A stretch of DNA of 63,924 nucleotides, filler included, from Guillardia theta CCMP2712 (taxonomy: Eukaryota; Protista; Cryptophyta): the NCBI RefSeq assembly GCF_000315625.1. It is 3 parts of 3 records of this genome, joined end to end, with 100 filler letters (N's around TTAATTAATTAA, not from the genome) between each part and the next. Parts side by side here need not be neighbours in the genome. Positions count along the whole stretch, not along the records: positions 19,254 to 43,515 come from NW_005434556.1; positions 43,616 to 63,924 come from NW_005434596.1; 1 more part is not named here. One strand, given 5' to 3'. Under the pieces are notes generated by a model. The model made no database searches and was not told the DNA's origin. It was given only the letters and a program-made list of their open reading frames with translations. A program made the translations under genes and the position numbers. Below, one piece after another: positions 36,501-49,908 of this stretch (positions are counted from its first letter, which is position 1; each line of letters opens with the position of its first letter).

Positions 36501-38547
36501 TGCGTCCAGGAAGCAGGTCGTCGGAGTGGGTGACTCTGCCTCGCGTCTGACCTTGTTTGTCTACTTGGCTTCTTCTTTGCTTCACTTCAACAATGGTCCT
36601 CTCTCCCGTCGAGCTCGCGTTTCCTCCCGAGACCTGCTTCGCCACTGCGATGCCTTCCCTGCTGGACCCTACTGCTACATCCTCCTCGGTGTTCATGCTC
36701 CCAGCAGTACTACGGGCCTCAGCCGGGCGCTGCTGGGTTCCTTCGACTTTCTGCTTCTTACACTCCGGCCTCCCCTCGGCCTCCTCCCTCTCACGTCTCA
36801 CTTCTCGATCGCTTCCAAGCAAGAAGTCACCAACGCTCCCCAAGCCGTTCAGATCTCTTCGCTCCATGTCTTCGAAGGCTTTTCTCAGCTCCTCCCTCCA
36901 GTCTTCCTCCGCCTCATTCCACATCATCCCCCGACCTTCATCGTGAACGACCCAGCCAGAGCTGCTGACCCACGTCCTCCAGCCCTCCAGCTCGTTGGTC
37001 GTGCAGTCTTGGGTCTCCCGGCGCTTGTTGTATTCCAGCAGCGAGTAGCACAAGAAGATGTCGCTCAGTCTCGTCATCCTCATCAGCATCACGAAGCTTC
37101 CTACCTCCACTGCCTTGTCCAGCACATAGCAGTAGAACAGCAGCTTCTGCCCGTTTTGAAGGTAGCTCTGCTTCCGGAGATGGCCCTCTATCAAGTCCAT
37201 CGCCTCCTCTGACGACATGGAAGCCTCGTAGCATTTATCTTGCACTCTTCGCTTCCACACGGCTAGAGCATCTCGCAGTTCGTCAGCATCTAAGACGCGG
37301 CAAAGCTCGGTCACGATCGTATAATCCAAGATCGCAATGCAGGTCTTCTCTTTCGGCACTTCCCGGCCAGACTCTTTCCTCCAAGCCTCGAACGAGGGAG
37401 CAAAGATCCTGTCCTCATTGAAGTAGCTCATCACCTCCTCGATAAACTCGCGTCCTACAAGCTCCTCTTCGACAATCGAGTAGAAATTTCCCAGCATCAC
37501 TCGCGAAGCAAACGATACATCTTTGTACCGCAAGAAACACATCAGGATCACTGAGCAGATCCGCCAGCGCGGCAGCTCCTGATTGCTGCTTGAGAGGAAA
37601 TACTTGCATGCTGCTCTCGCTCGATCTCTGAACGCCTCCGTATCTTCACCACAGTACGCGGCCACCAAAACCTCTGCCACTTTTGCCTCCGATCCTACTT
37701 CCGAGTCCACTGACTCTGCTGGCTCCCCATGAACGACTTGCTGTAGACCCTGCGTCACCTGCTTGAGGTCCGCTACAAGCTGACCGTCATCGGCGCCTGA
37801 CTGTTTGTTGTTGTTGACAAGCAGCTTCTTGAAAGCATTGACTCCAGCTGCCTCCCAGGTACGCACGTTGCTGGGGACGCGAGCCAGAAGATGACTTGCG
37901 CGACAGCACGGGCGGGACATGATCTTGAAGTTTGTAAGAAGCGGGTAGTTCATTCCCATCCAGTAGTAGAGGCTCTTGGACATGTCGATCGCCTCGTCGT
38001 CAGGAACTCTCGTCTCATGCCCGATCACAAAGTCCACATGCTTGATCAGCCCCTGCGCTACAATTCCCGACCAGCACAAGTTGAGCACTACCAGCCGCAG
38101 GTACTTGCGCTCCTTCACCAGCTCAGCCAGTGTATCGGTGAGCTCTTGAGGGGTATGATGCTTGCCGCCTATGCAGATCTTACCGTCTTGGTAGCCATGG
38201 CAAGCAAGGTGGAGGACGACTGGCTCTACTCTGCTCAGCTCCCGGGCAAGGTCGGTGATCTTCTTCTTGAAGCAATACTCGAAAACAACATTCTTGGCGA
38301 ACCCTATGAACGCAGCGTCTCCTTGCTCGTGAGCTCCTGCCATGAAGCGGTCTCTGATCAAGTCTCTCTCCTCCTCGACGTTGAGTCCGCATCGCTGCTC
38401 CGCGTCGGCGAAGAACAGCACCTTGAAGGGAGGATCGCCGCTGAATAGAGTATCTGTATCGAGTCGGCTTGGCGGGTCTTCAGCGTCGGAGGTCTTGCAA
38501 CACGCGCAGATACGGTGCAGCTCGACCCTGCTGTCATTCCTCGACAT
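33505..38547 (-). CDS. NLR-like STAND NTPase: CHAT (caspase-like) - helical region - second HG/C protease-like domain - NACHT - pentapeptide repeats - WD40
   Basis: Uninterrupted 1680-aa ORF. CHAT motifs VVLHLACHG and LVVLNLCWS; IHVNTGTHG...IINAWCYS. Walker A LLLLGKAGAGKST (~35824-35862), Walker B MVVLDSYDE, KVVVTCR, TPYSL, SFVHDLLRSFF. Pentapeptides LSGLDLEGVRVPGAILRNG...; about six WD40 repeats. Confidence 0.92.
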   Translation of the reverse strand: MSRNDSRVELHRICACCKTSDAEDPPSRLDTDTLFSGDPPFKVLFFADAEQRCGLNVEEERDLIRDRFMAGAHEQGDAAFIGFAKNVVFEYCFKKKITDLARELSRVEPVVLHLACHGYQDGKICIGGKHHTPQELTDTLAELVKERKYLRLVVLNLCWSGIVAQGLIKHVDFVIGHETRVPDDEAIDMSKSLYYWMGMNYPLLTNFKIMSRPCCRASHLLARVPSNVRTWEAAGVNAFKKLLVNNNKQSGADDGQLVADLKQVTQGLQQVVHGEPAESVDSEVGSEAKVAEVLVAAYCGEDTEAFRDRARAACKYFLSSSNQELPRWRICSVILMCFLRYKDVSFASRVMLGNFYSIVEEELVGREFIEEVMSYFNEDRIFAPSFEAWRKESGREVPKEKTCIAILDYTIVTELCRVLDADELRDALAVWKRRVQDKCYEASMSSEEAMDLIEGHLRKQSYLQNGQKLLFYCYVLDKAVEVGSFVMLMRMTRLSDIFLCYSLLEYNKRRETQDCTTNELEGWRTWVSSSGWVVHDEGRGMMWNEAEEDWREELRKAFEDMERRDLNGLGSVGDFLLGSDREVRREREEAEGRPECKKQKVEGTQQRPAEARSTAGSMNTEEDVAVGSSREGIAVAKQVSGGNASSTGERTIVEVKQRRSQVDKQGQTRGRVTHSDDLLPGRMYKLYEDKRELGLVETAPGCYVLQSSKNSKFFVFSLPSGQHVWESEEEVSVEDVKEVLVAMTRLGQSIHVNTGTHGGEGGELKTAGDETVDFYLEDFENVSIHQVSSESAPYLPPKANMIINAWCYSHLYGFADKVDLSTGKIAKVHGACSLLPRRLWKDIESMLGEEESVKDAMECFIETNCSDVNPEIRATAGEASDELLSRFMEREDKQVLLLLGKAGAGKSTLGMRWAIEAGVAWRPGERYPVFLHLPKYTSVRAYLEDTGGEKFDNERAWQAWVRGNDSFMVVLDSYDEMGGERNVVQEVLEELVSCRDVKVVVTCRSGYLEEEGKSVSLFCPRGLEARDAVLVAWVYPMSLSDKKGVSRYIAQHAKSTRGGGWSKEKYEEAMKSMPELQGIVSTPYSLKVLLLVLPRLQKKRRAKPGRTINRHCVYKEYAKEWYRREWSKLKQSPELEARAKEAGINDESYMEKYSYAAKQLCLHMYREGRSLVVLKEGDAFLSSEPFSLTTRGGTLKCELGYWLLRGCLTQVKENKQDGSLEVSFVHDLLRSFFLAEATFEQLREQEDGRVRAPASLTLVRLQEEVESIKEHAMVVRSKRDKYREKLVEVVRASRDDGSEEAGRASANAASILVAAGEALSGLDLEGVRVPGAILRNGIFHRTNLRRADLSGVDASHGYFMEARLEGAQLDGAYFGDRASTRIECEDVSCGAFEPGGKALATGRRDGRIQVWDVETGKCDKELGSHGSKIKILSWRADGKRLVSWSEDGRMRVWDIETGKCCLELDKGQENIGKISFMADGRIALTGRYMEKDERTRLEWVKEQKVPVEWSAEGVPVPTRRRLAGRSINGDRVLVWEVETGRREELQGGEEGVDALAWGPDGRRLGGRSRSRDRVWVWEVETGRREELEGGEGGVDALAWGPDGRRLSVFCLSQGHVMTWTLAGDGRWLLSADFGPLERELMCRGAVIDETLSSPVRRLLEERGAISQAPSSRSQATRSCV

Positions 38548-38599
38548 ACTAGAGAAGCGAAAGATTAAGGGGAAAGAGTAGGAGGGAGAAGATTAACAT

Positions 38600-38732
38600 A
38601 AGAAGACAACACTAGAGGCAGACAGCGCCAGACAACACTAGAGGCAGAGAGCAAGACAACACTAGAGGCACAGAGCAAGACAAGACTAGAGGCAGAGAGC
38701 AAGACAAGACTAGAGGCAGAGAGCAACACAAG
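38600..38732. repeat. 24-bp minisatellite (AAGACAACACTAGAGGCAGAGAGC) x~5 just upstream of the NLR ORF
   Basis: Visible tandem copies with no spacers. Confidence 0.85.
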
Positions 38733-39098
38733 GCAGGAAGCGGGAGACGAGGAGAGATTCGAAGGGGTAGTTAGCAATACATTGAGGGGGTAGGGGTCAT
38801 TCCGGAGAATGGCATGGTGCGGGCCCGTGGCCCGGCCGATGGCCGCGTCACTGAGAAGTGACTCGGGCAGCTAAGTGACTCCACGCTGCCGCAGTGCCGT
38901 ACGATGAGCTGAGCCGCAGGAGGCTGGTTGTGTGGAAGCCGCNNNNNNNNNNNNNNNNNNNNNNNNNNNNNNNNNNNNNNNNNNNNNNNNNNNNNNNNNN
39001 NNNNNNNNNNNNNNNNNNNNNNNNNNNNNNNNNNNNNNNNNNNNNNNNNNNNNNNNNNNNNNNNNNNNNNNNNNNNNNNNNNNNNNNNNNNNNNNNNN

Positions 39099-39600
39099 CA
39101 AGAGATCAGCCAGGCACAAGACCCCCAATATGGAGCCTGTCTTGATCATGAAGCAAACGAAGCTTGAAGGTGAAAAGCAACAGCTTGCGGCCAGAGAGAA
39201 ACGGCTTCGAGGTGACAAGAGACAGCTTGCGGCCAGAGAGAAACGACTTGGAGTTAGAGAGAGACAGCTTAGAGTTAAAGAGAGACAGCTTCGAGATGAA
39301 GAGGCAAGGCTTCAAGATAAAGAGGCAAAGCTTCGAGAGGAAATGAAGGAAAAGAAGCAGGCAGCCTTTACCTGGACAGAGTCAGAAGCTCGGCTTGACG
39401 GTATGGGGTTTTGCAAGGAGGAGAAATACTTCCGTCTAGATTGCTCTTACTTATGGGGCACAAATGTAAACAGCGGAGAGCATCTTCTTCTCTACTGCCG
39501 AAAAGCATTCCTGGAGCAGTTCCGTTTCCTGCAAGAGCAAGTGCTAGAGCATGGTGCTCTTGGATGGATACAAGGCTCTCCAGGAGCAGGGAAGACGACA
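39099..39600 (+). pseudogene. Truncated Crinkler (CRN/CR)-like effector: heptad coiled-coil header + start of P-loop NTPase
   Basis: Repeats of (QL)xx(K/R)E, then LLLYCRKAFLEQFRFLQEQVLEHGALGWIQGSPGAGKTT. The frame collapses into purine microsatellite right after the Walker A; the 5' end lies in a gap. Confidence 0.65.
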
Positions 39601-39758
39601 GGGGTGGGGAGCAGAGGAGAGGAGAGGAGAAGGAGCAGGGAGAGGAAGGGGGGGGGGGGAGAGAAGTAGGAAGCTGCTCGCCTAAGAATGTATGTGATGT
39701 GATGAAAATCTCATCGATGTCGCGGGGAATGACCTGCAAACCTTTAGAGAAACGCTTG

Positions 39759-39789
<31 letters not shown>

Positions 39790-40379
39790 GTCCTAGCTCC
39801 CCTCCTACTCCCGCGCTCCTGCTCCTGCTATCCTCCTGCTCCCCTGCTCTTGTCCTCTCCTACCTCTGCTCCAGCTCTCCTCCTACTTGAACTTCCGCCT
39901 TCCTCACCTCAATCTTCACGATGTGATGATCCGCGTGCCATTTCACCATCCACGTGAAGACTGGAGCTGCTGTTAGCGAGAGAACGGAACGAGACGAAAG
40001 CAGGAAGACAGCAACAAGAGCGATGTGACATGCAAGTTGATACATGACATGTTCAAGAATGCATGTGGGTACGTAACATATTCGGAACATGCATTCTCAC
40101 ACAACATCTTAAACATTGATCTATCAGATGTTGATAGCTCGAAATTCTCACATTCTTTCACAAGCATCATCGTGAACAGAACATTTCTCACCTATTGAAA
40201 TCCCTCCTCCCAACAGAATCCACCATTTACTCATCAGCAAACTTGCCCCTAAGATCTTGAAATCCATATTGAGCAAGTTGATTATTGAAATGCTGTGACA
40301 AATCTCCGTCATCGAAACTTCCTTGCTTTTCACCTCCACTTTCCCCCCTCAAGCGACGGCAGGCAAGACAAGCAGGGGG

Positions 40380-43393
<3,014 letters not shown>

Positions 43394-43615
43394 CCATCCT
43401 CCTCCTTCTCCATCCTCCTGCATCCTCCTCCTTCTCCTCCTCCTTCTCCTCCTCCTTTCACCTCCTTCTCTCCTCCACTACTGCATACGACCTTTAAGTT
43501 TTCTATCGAGGGGAGNNNNNNNNNNNNNNNNNNNNNNNNNNNNNNNNNNNNNNNNNNNNTTAATTAATTAANNNNNNNNNNNNNNNNNNNNNNNNNNNNN
43601 NNNNNNNNNNNNNNN

Positions 43616-46600
43616 TACGTGTAGCGACATTCTTGACAGCATGTTCACTTCGTATCGGAAAGCCATGAAGGCCTTTCGGAGTAACAGTTGCTCCACTGCC
43701 ACCTCCCGCACTCTTTCACCGATCCTCCGCACTCGCACAGAGAACACTTTGACGTAGAACAAAGTAAATGCAAATCTTAGAATCAACCTGCGGCATGTCC
43801 GGTAGTGCTCAACCTTACTTTGTTCCCACTGCTTCTTGAGTTGTATTTCTCTGTCCCTCTTCTTGGTGATGGCAAGGAAGCTAGAAGACTGTAAACTCAA
43901 AAGGATCTTGCTCGTTTCTTTTTCCAACAATCCCATTTGCAATCCACCTTCAATCACAACGAATTTGTTGCAGTGCAAGATCTCGAGTCTGCTGGTTTGT
44001 AATTCTTTAGAGAGATTGTTATCGACAACAAACTCTTGTGTTTCATCCTTTCTATGCACAAAAACAATAAGATTGTGCAAGTCCTCTGGAAACATTAGAA
44101 CATTCACCATGTGTTTCGGCAGCTTCAGAAAAGAAGAGATCCTCTCCTCTAATGTTCCGGTTAGTGAGGCATCGAAGGCAGAGATTGGAGGATCAAGTTT
44201 GCAATTCAGACAGATTGCTGAGGTAAGTTTCCGAGACCAACCCTCATGACGACTGATGACACCTTGCAACTGAAAGATTTCTTCCTTCAAAACTTGAAAC
44301 CGATTCTGATAAATCGATTCCTCATGCCATGATGTCCATCGATTGAAAGCTGAATACAGCGAGTGTTGATGCCATTTAGATTGAATGAGACGACAAACCT
44401 GCCACTCCCCATAGCTGCGAAAGCAAAAAACCTTCAACATGTCAAAGAAGTATTTTTTGAGCTTGACACAAAATGTTCGAACAGCAATATGAAAGAACAA
44501 ACGACGAGCCCGATAAAGCAGAAAGTTATTCAGAAAAGCATTCAACACAAAAACAAGTGTTCGTTTGATTGATAGCTGAGCAAGGAAGTGCGATTGCTCC
44601 CATTCCTTACGTGACTCAGCCACGCCCTCTACCAGCCGCCGGAAAGCCTCGGCCGTGTGCCCCTGTATCCTCCGTGCTACGCTCTGTCGGGCCAGCTCCT
44701 CGAGCCTCTCCGTCCGATGACCCAGCTTGGCGCTCAGCTCCGAGCAAGCTTGCTCGAGCCCTCCTACACGTCTGGCCGCCCTCCCTGTCTCGGCATGGCC
44801 CAGCCACAGGTCGAAACCCTGGCTGAGCGCCCAAGCTCGGCGCCGCGCCTCCAGCCTGTCAGCCAGCAGGCACATCCTCCTCCTCCGTACTGCCGCGGCT
44901 CTCCAGGTCGCGAAGCTTGCTGCCTGCGTCCTATGCAGCCAGCGGCCCAGCACCCGACCGCACAGCTCGCGAGCTCGCTTCCGCCACGTCACCAGGTCCA
45001 AGTAAAAGTCGAAGGCTGCTGCCAGACGCGCGTGTATCATGCGGCGGAGCACTCGCTCGCATAGAGCAAGCTGACGCCTGTCGCGCTGAGCTTGACGGAG
45101 CCTCTCGGATCTTGCCTTGTCGGCTTCTTCTGCCCACTTGTCGTATGCCCGCGACGCCAGCCCGGCCTGCCAGCGCTTGACGGCCCTCGTGCAAGCTTGT
45201 CTCCTGACGCGTGCGGCGGATGTCGCTGACCGCCAGCGCTCCAGCCCCTGCGACAGGTCTCTGCATCGCATCTTGCCCAAGGCCTTCCGGCAGATCTGAC
45301 GCGCTCGCCGAGCCCGGCCCGTAGCCGACCTCAGCCCCTCGAACGCCGCTCGCGTCTCGTCGCTCGCGGCTTGACGATCCAGGCGAGCGTGCAACGACTG
45401 CTTGAGCGCGTCAAGGTGCTGAGCAAGCTCCTCGCTCCGCCTCTGCTCGCTCTGGAGCTGGCCCTCGAGCCGGCTGACCTCGCGGTCTTGATCCCGCAAG
45501 GCTCGATGCTCCGACACGGCGTCAGCGAAGGCTTCGAAGGCTCTCCCGAGACCCGTCAGCTCCCGTCTCGTCTGCGCGCGTCGGTCCAGCGCTCGACGCC
45601 TCCGTGACTCAGCCACGCCCTCTACCAGCCGCCGGAAAGCCTCGGCCGTGTGCCCCTGTATCCTCCGTGCTACGCTCTGTCGGGCCAGCTCCTCGAGCCT
45701 CTCCGTCCGATGACCCAGCTTGGCGCTCAGCTCCGAGCAAGCTTGCTCGAGCCCTCCTACACGTCTGGCCGCCCTCCCTGTCTCGGCATGGCCCAGCCAC
45801 AGGTCGAAACCCTGGCTGAGCGCCCAAGCTCGGCGCCGCGCCTCCAGCCTGTCAGCCAGCAGGCACATCCTCCTCCTCCGTACCGCCGCGGCTCTCCAGG
45901 TCGCGAAGCTTGCTGCCTGCGTCCTATGCAGCCAGCGGCCCAGCACCCGACCGCACAGCTCGCGAGCTCGCTTCCGCCACGTCACCAGGTCCAAGTAAAA
46001 GTCGAAGGCTGCTGCCAGACGCGCGTGTATCATGCGGCGGAGCACTCGCTCGCATAGAGCAAGCTGACGCCTGTCGCGCTGAGCTTGACGGAGCCTCTCG
46101 GATCTTGCCTTGTCGGCTTCTTCTGCCCACTTGTCGTATGCCCGCGACGCCAGCCCGGCCTGCCAGCGCTTGACGGCCCTCGTGCAAGCTTGTCTCCTGA
46201 CGCGTGCGGCGGATGTCGCTGACCGCCAGCGCTCCAGCCCCTGCGACAGGTCTCTGCATCGCATCTTGCCCAAGGCCTTCCGGCAGATCTGACGCGCTCG
46301 CCGAGCCCGGCCCGTAGCCGACCTCAGCCCCTCGAACGCCGCTCGCGTCTCGTCGCTCGCGGCTTGACGATCCAGGCGAGCGTGCAACGACTGCTTGAGC
46401 GCGTCAAGGTGCTGAGCAAGCTCCTCGCTCCGCCTCTGCTCGCTCTGGAGCTGGCCCTCGAGCCGGCTGACCTCGCGGTCTTGATCCCGCAAGGCTCGAT
46501 GCTCCGACACGGCGTCAGCGAAGGCTTCGAAGGCTCTCCCGAGACCCGTCAGCTCCCGTCTCGTCTGCGCGCGTCGGTCCAGCGCTCGACGCCTCCGTGA

Positions 46601-49232
46601 CTCAGCCACGCCCTCTACCAGCCGCCGGAAAGCCTCGGCCGTGTGCCCCTGTATCCTCCGTGCTACGCTCTGTCGGGCCAGCTCCTCGAGCCTCTCCGTC
46701 CGATGACCCAGCTTGGCGCTCAGCTCCGAGCAAGCTTGCTCGAGCCCTCCTACACGTCTGGCCGCCCTCCCTGTCTCGGCATGGCCCAGCCACAGGTCGA
46801 AACCCTGGCTGAGCGCCCAAGCTCGGCGCCGCGCCTCCAGCCTGTCAGCCAGCAGGCACATCCTCCTCCTCCGTACCGCCGCGGCTCTCCAGGTCGCGAA
46901 GCTTGCTGCCTGCGTCCTATGCAGCCAGCGGCCCAGCACCCGACCGCACAGCTCGCGAGCTCGCTTCCGCCACGTCACCAGGTCCAAGTAAAAGTCGAAG
47001 GCTGCTGCCAGACGCGCGTGTATCATGCGGCGGAGCACTCGCTCGCATAGAGCAAGCTGACGCCTGTCGCGCTGAGCTTGACGGAGCCTCTCGGATCTTG
47101 CCTTGTCGGCTTCTTCTGCCCACTTGTCGTATGCCCGCGACGCCAGCCCGGCCTGCCAGCGCTTGACGGCCCTCGTGCAAGCTTGTCTCCTGACGCGTGC
47201 GGCGGATGTCGCTGACCGCCAGCGCTCCAGCCCCTGCGACAGGTCTCTGCATCGCATCTTGCCCAAGGCCTTCCGGCAGATCTGACGCGCTCGCCGAGCC
47301 CGGCCCGTAGCCGACCTCAGCCCCTCGAACGCCGCTCGCGTCTCGTCGCTCGCGGCTTGACGATCCAGGCGAGCGTGCAACGACTGCTTGAGCGCGTCAA
47401 GGTGCTGAGCAAGCTCCTCGCTCCGCCTCTGCTCGCTCTGGAGCTGGCCCTCGAGCCGGCTGACCTCGCGGTCTTGATCCCGCAAGGCTCGATGCTCCGA
47501 CACGGCGTCAGCGAAGGCTTCGAAGGCTCTCCCGAGACCCGTCAGCTCCCGTCTCGTCTGCGCGCGTCGGTCCAGCGCTCGACGCCTCCGTGACTCAGCC
47601 ACGCCCTCTACCAGCCGCCGGAAAGCCTCGGCCGTGTGCCCCTGTATCCTCCGTGCTACGCTCTGTCGGGCCAGCTCCTCGAGCCTCTCCGTCCGATGAC
47701 CCAGCTTGGCGCTCAGCTCCGAGCAAGCTTGCTCGAGCCCTCCTACACGTCTGGCCGCCCTCCCTGTCTCGGCATGGCCCAGCCACAGGTCGAAACCCTG
47801 GCTGAGCGCCCAAGCTCGGCGCCGCGCCTCCAGCCTGTCAGCCAGCAGGCACATCCTCCTCCTCCGTACCGCCGCGGCTCTCCAGGTCGCGAAGCTTGCT
47901 GCCTGCGTCCTATGCAGCCAGCGGCCCAGCACCCGACCGCACAGCTCGCGAGCTCGCTTCCGCCACGTCACCAGGTCCAAGTAAAAGTCGAAGGCTGCTG
48001 CCAGACGCGCGTGTATCATGCGGCGGAGCACTCGCTTACACTGATTTCGCAGTTTTCGTCTTCGTTTGACAGTTTGAGAGTATTGTTCGAATACAGTTGT
48101 TATGATTTCTTTGTATTTTTGTCTGATCATTTGCTCATTAGCTTTGAGTGAATTTCGCTTAGGTTGCCTCCTTCTTGTAAACGTTTGCTTCTTTTCTTCG
48201 TATTGATGGTACCATGCAGTCATGAATCGCTTTCCAAGAAAGAATGTGTGTCTTTCAAACAATATATCTTGTTTGTGTATTTTTGCTGTGGCGTTTTCCA
48301 CCTTGAAAGTGGTTGGGGCAGGCAAGTGATTTGAGATTGTCTGTTCTAATCTGGTTTCAAAGTTCACAGTTGTGAGCTCAGGGAAGTCTGTCGAATCTTT
48401 CACGAAATGAATTTCTGCTGTCACTTGTTGATCATTCAGACAATTGAAGAACAGACGTTTGACATCTTGTCGGTTGAGATTACCATTACTGAACCCCTCA
48501 CAACATCGAATCAATATATCAGACCACCGCTCACTGTTTGACAATAATGCGACGTCACTCCTAATGGAGATAGACGTCTGAAGTTTGAAGAGCATCAGTT
48601 GAGATCGGATTCGAAGCTTTGATTTTATCTCCTTGTCAAACTTCACCCATGACTGCCATCGATCATACGACCTGTATAACAACCTTCGTTGAGACCTGTT
48701 ATTTGAGTCATAAAAGAAAGTCAAAGGTCAAAAGGTTGGTCACCTCCGTTGCAAACTGATGGTCAAGTTGCATTTTCTCCGGGAAAATCGTGCAATGGAA
48801 AACCATCGGAGCATCAGATAGGACTTGAAATGATTCAATGATTTTTGAGTAAGAGAGTTGATCCGTATGCTTTTTAGCCTCAGTGCAGCCCAAGAATCGA
48901 GTGCTTTATGTGACATTTTGATCATTGTCCTGAAGCAGAAGTTTGATATTCGAGCCTTGAGATGTGATCGAGACTTTACATAACATCTCCATTCCTCAAA
49001 GTGAACTGAGGTACAAGATCTGACTCGGCGACGTGTTATCAACGTTCGGACATGACTTTCATGTCTCCTCCTGTTGGAGTACATTTCGAGCAGATGCATG
49101 GTTCGTTTCTTGTCATTAACTTCATGAAGAACCTCAAGATTCTTGATGGTAGATGCAAGTCTTTTCGACAACCACCTCCGGACTCGCTCTGAATGTTCGA
49201 GATCCGATTGGAGAATTTGGAGATCTTCCATG
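43616..49232 (-). CDS. Giant basic helical protein with Sfi1-like (centrin-binding-type) repeats and coiled coils
   Basis: A >1700-aa exon plus an upstream exon joined by a ~50-nt intron (~48696-48744). Recurrent F/L-x-x-W motifs: AASFATWR, SQGFDLWL, SQGLERWR, SRAYDKWA, YSAFNRWT, SVHFEEWR, HKALDSWA. The 3' end lies in a gap. Confidence 0.7.
44609..48035. repeat. 993-bp coding tandem repeat x~3.45, almost perfectly identical
   Basis: Period of 993 is shown by repeated ORFs (45604, 46597, 47590); each unit is 331 aa. Confidence 0.95.
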
Positions 49233-49908
49233 ACTTTCAAGGAGATGACAGAGACGGGCTGTGAGCTTGCCAGCACGCTTCTCTCACCTCATCCTCCTCC
49301 TCTTTTCCTCCCCGTCCCACCCCTCGCCTCCTGTCTCCTTCTGCCGCACATGGTCGTCATACGCCCCATTCACGCCATATCGACATGCGATTTCAGCAAG
49401 CCGGAATAGGGCCAAGCAGGTAGGGTGGTGGCAAATGTCGGGAGAAGAGGGGGGTGGGGTACGGATTGGTACAAAGACTTCATCGGAGAGGAATGGTCAA
49501 GCGAGTATAGGAGGCGAGGTACAAGAGCGAGGAGGAAGAGGATACAAGCGAAGACAATGATGAATTTGCAGACGAGTTGAGGAGTTAAAACGGAGAGAAA
49601 GTGGAAATGACGAGGCGAATTGTTAAAGGAAAATGCGTGACCATTGTATTCACGAAGCGAGCAAAGCCACCCTTTCCTCATGTTTCAGCGAAAGTATACG
49701 GCCTAGCATCTGTATCATTCCTTTTGTCAAACAACTACACCCTAAATGGACGGGACGCATGTGGGGTTGAAGTAATCATCATATGCATCCCCTTACAGTT
49801 CTATGACGTTTTAGTTTGTTGAAGTAACAGTAAGCAATAACAATGATCAACAAATACAAGATTGTAGATCTACAATCTGACCAGATCCTGATCCGAATTT
49901 TCTGTTGC

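Noticed and set aside
38600-38732. CRISPR-like array (also 8243-8400)
   Set aside because: Head-to-tail units without unique spacers, no cas genes, eukaryotic context.
44569-48151. Repeated plus-strand ORFs
   Set aside because: Antisense shadows of the GC-rich 993-bp coding repeat.
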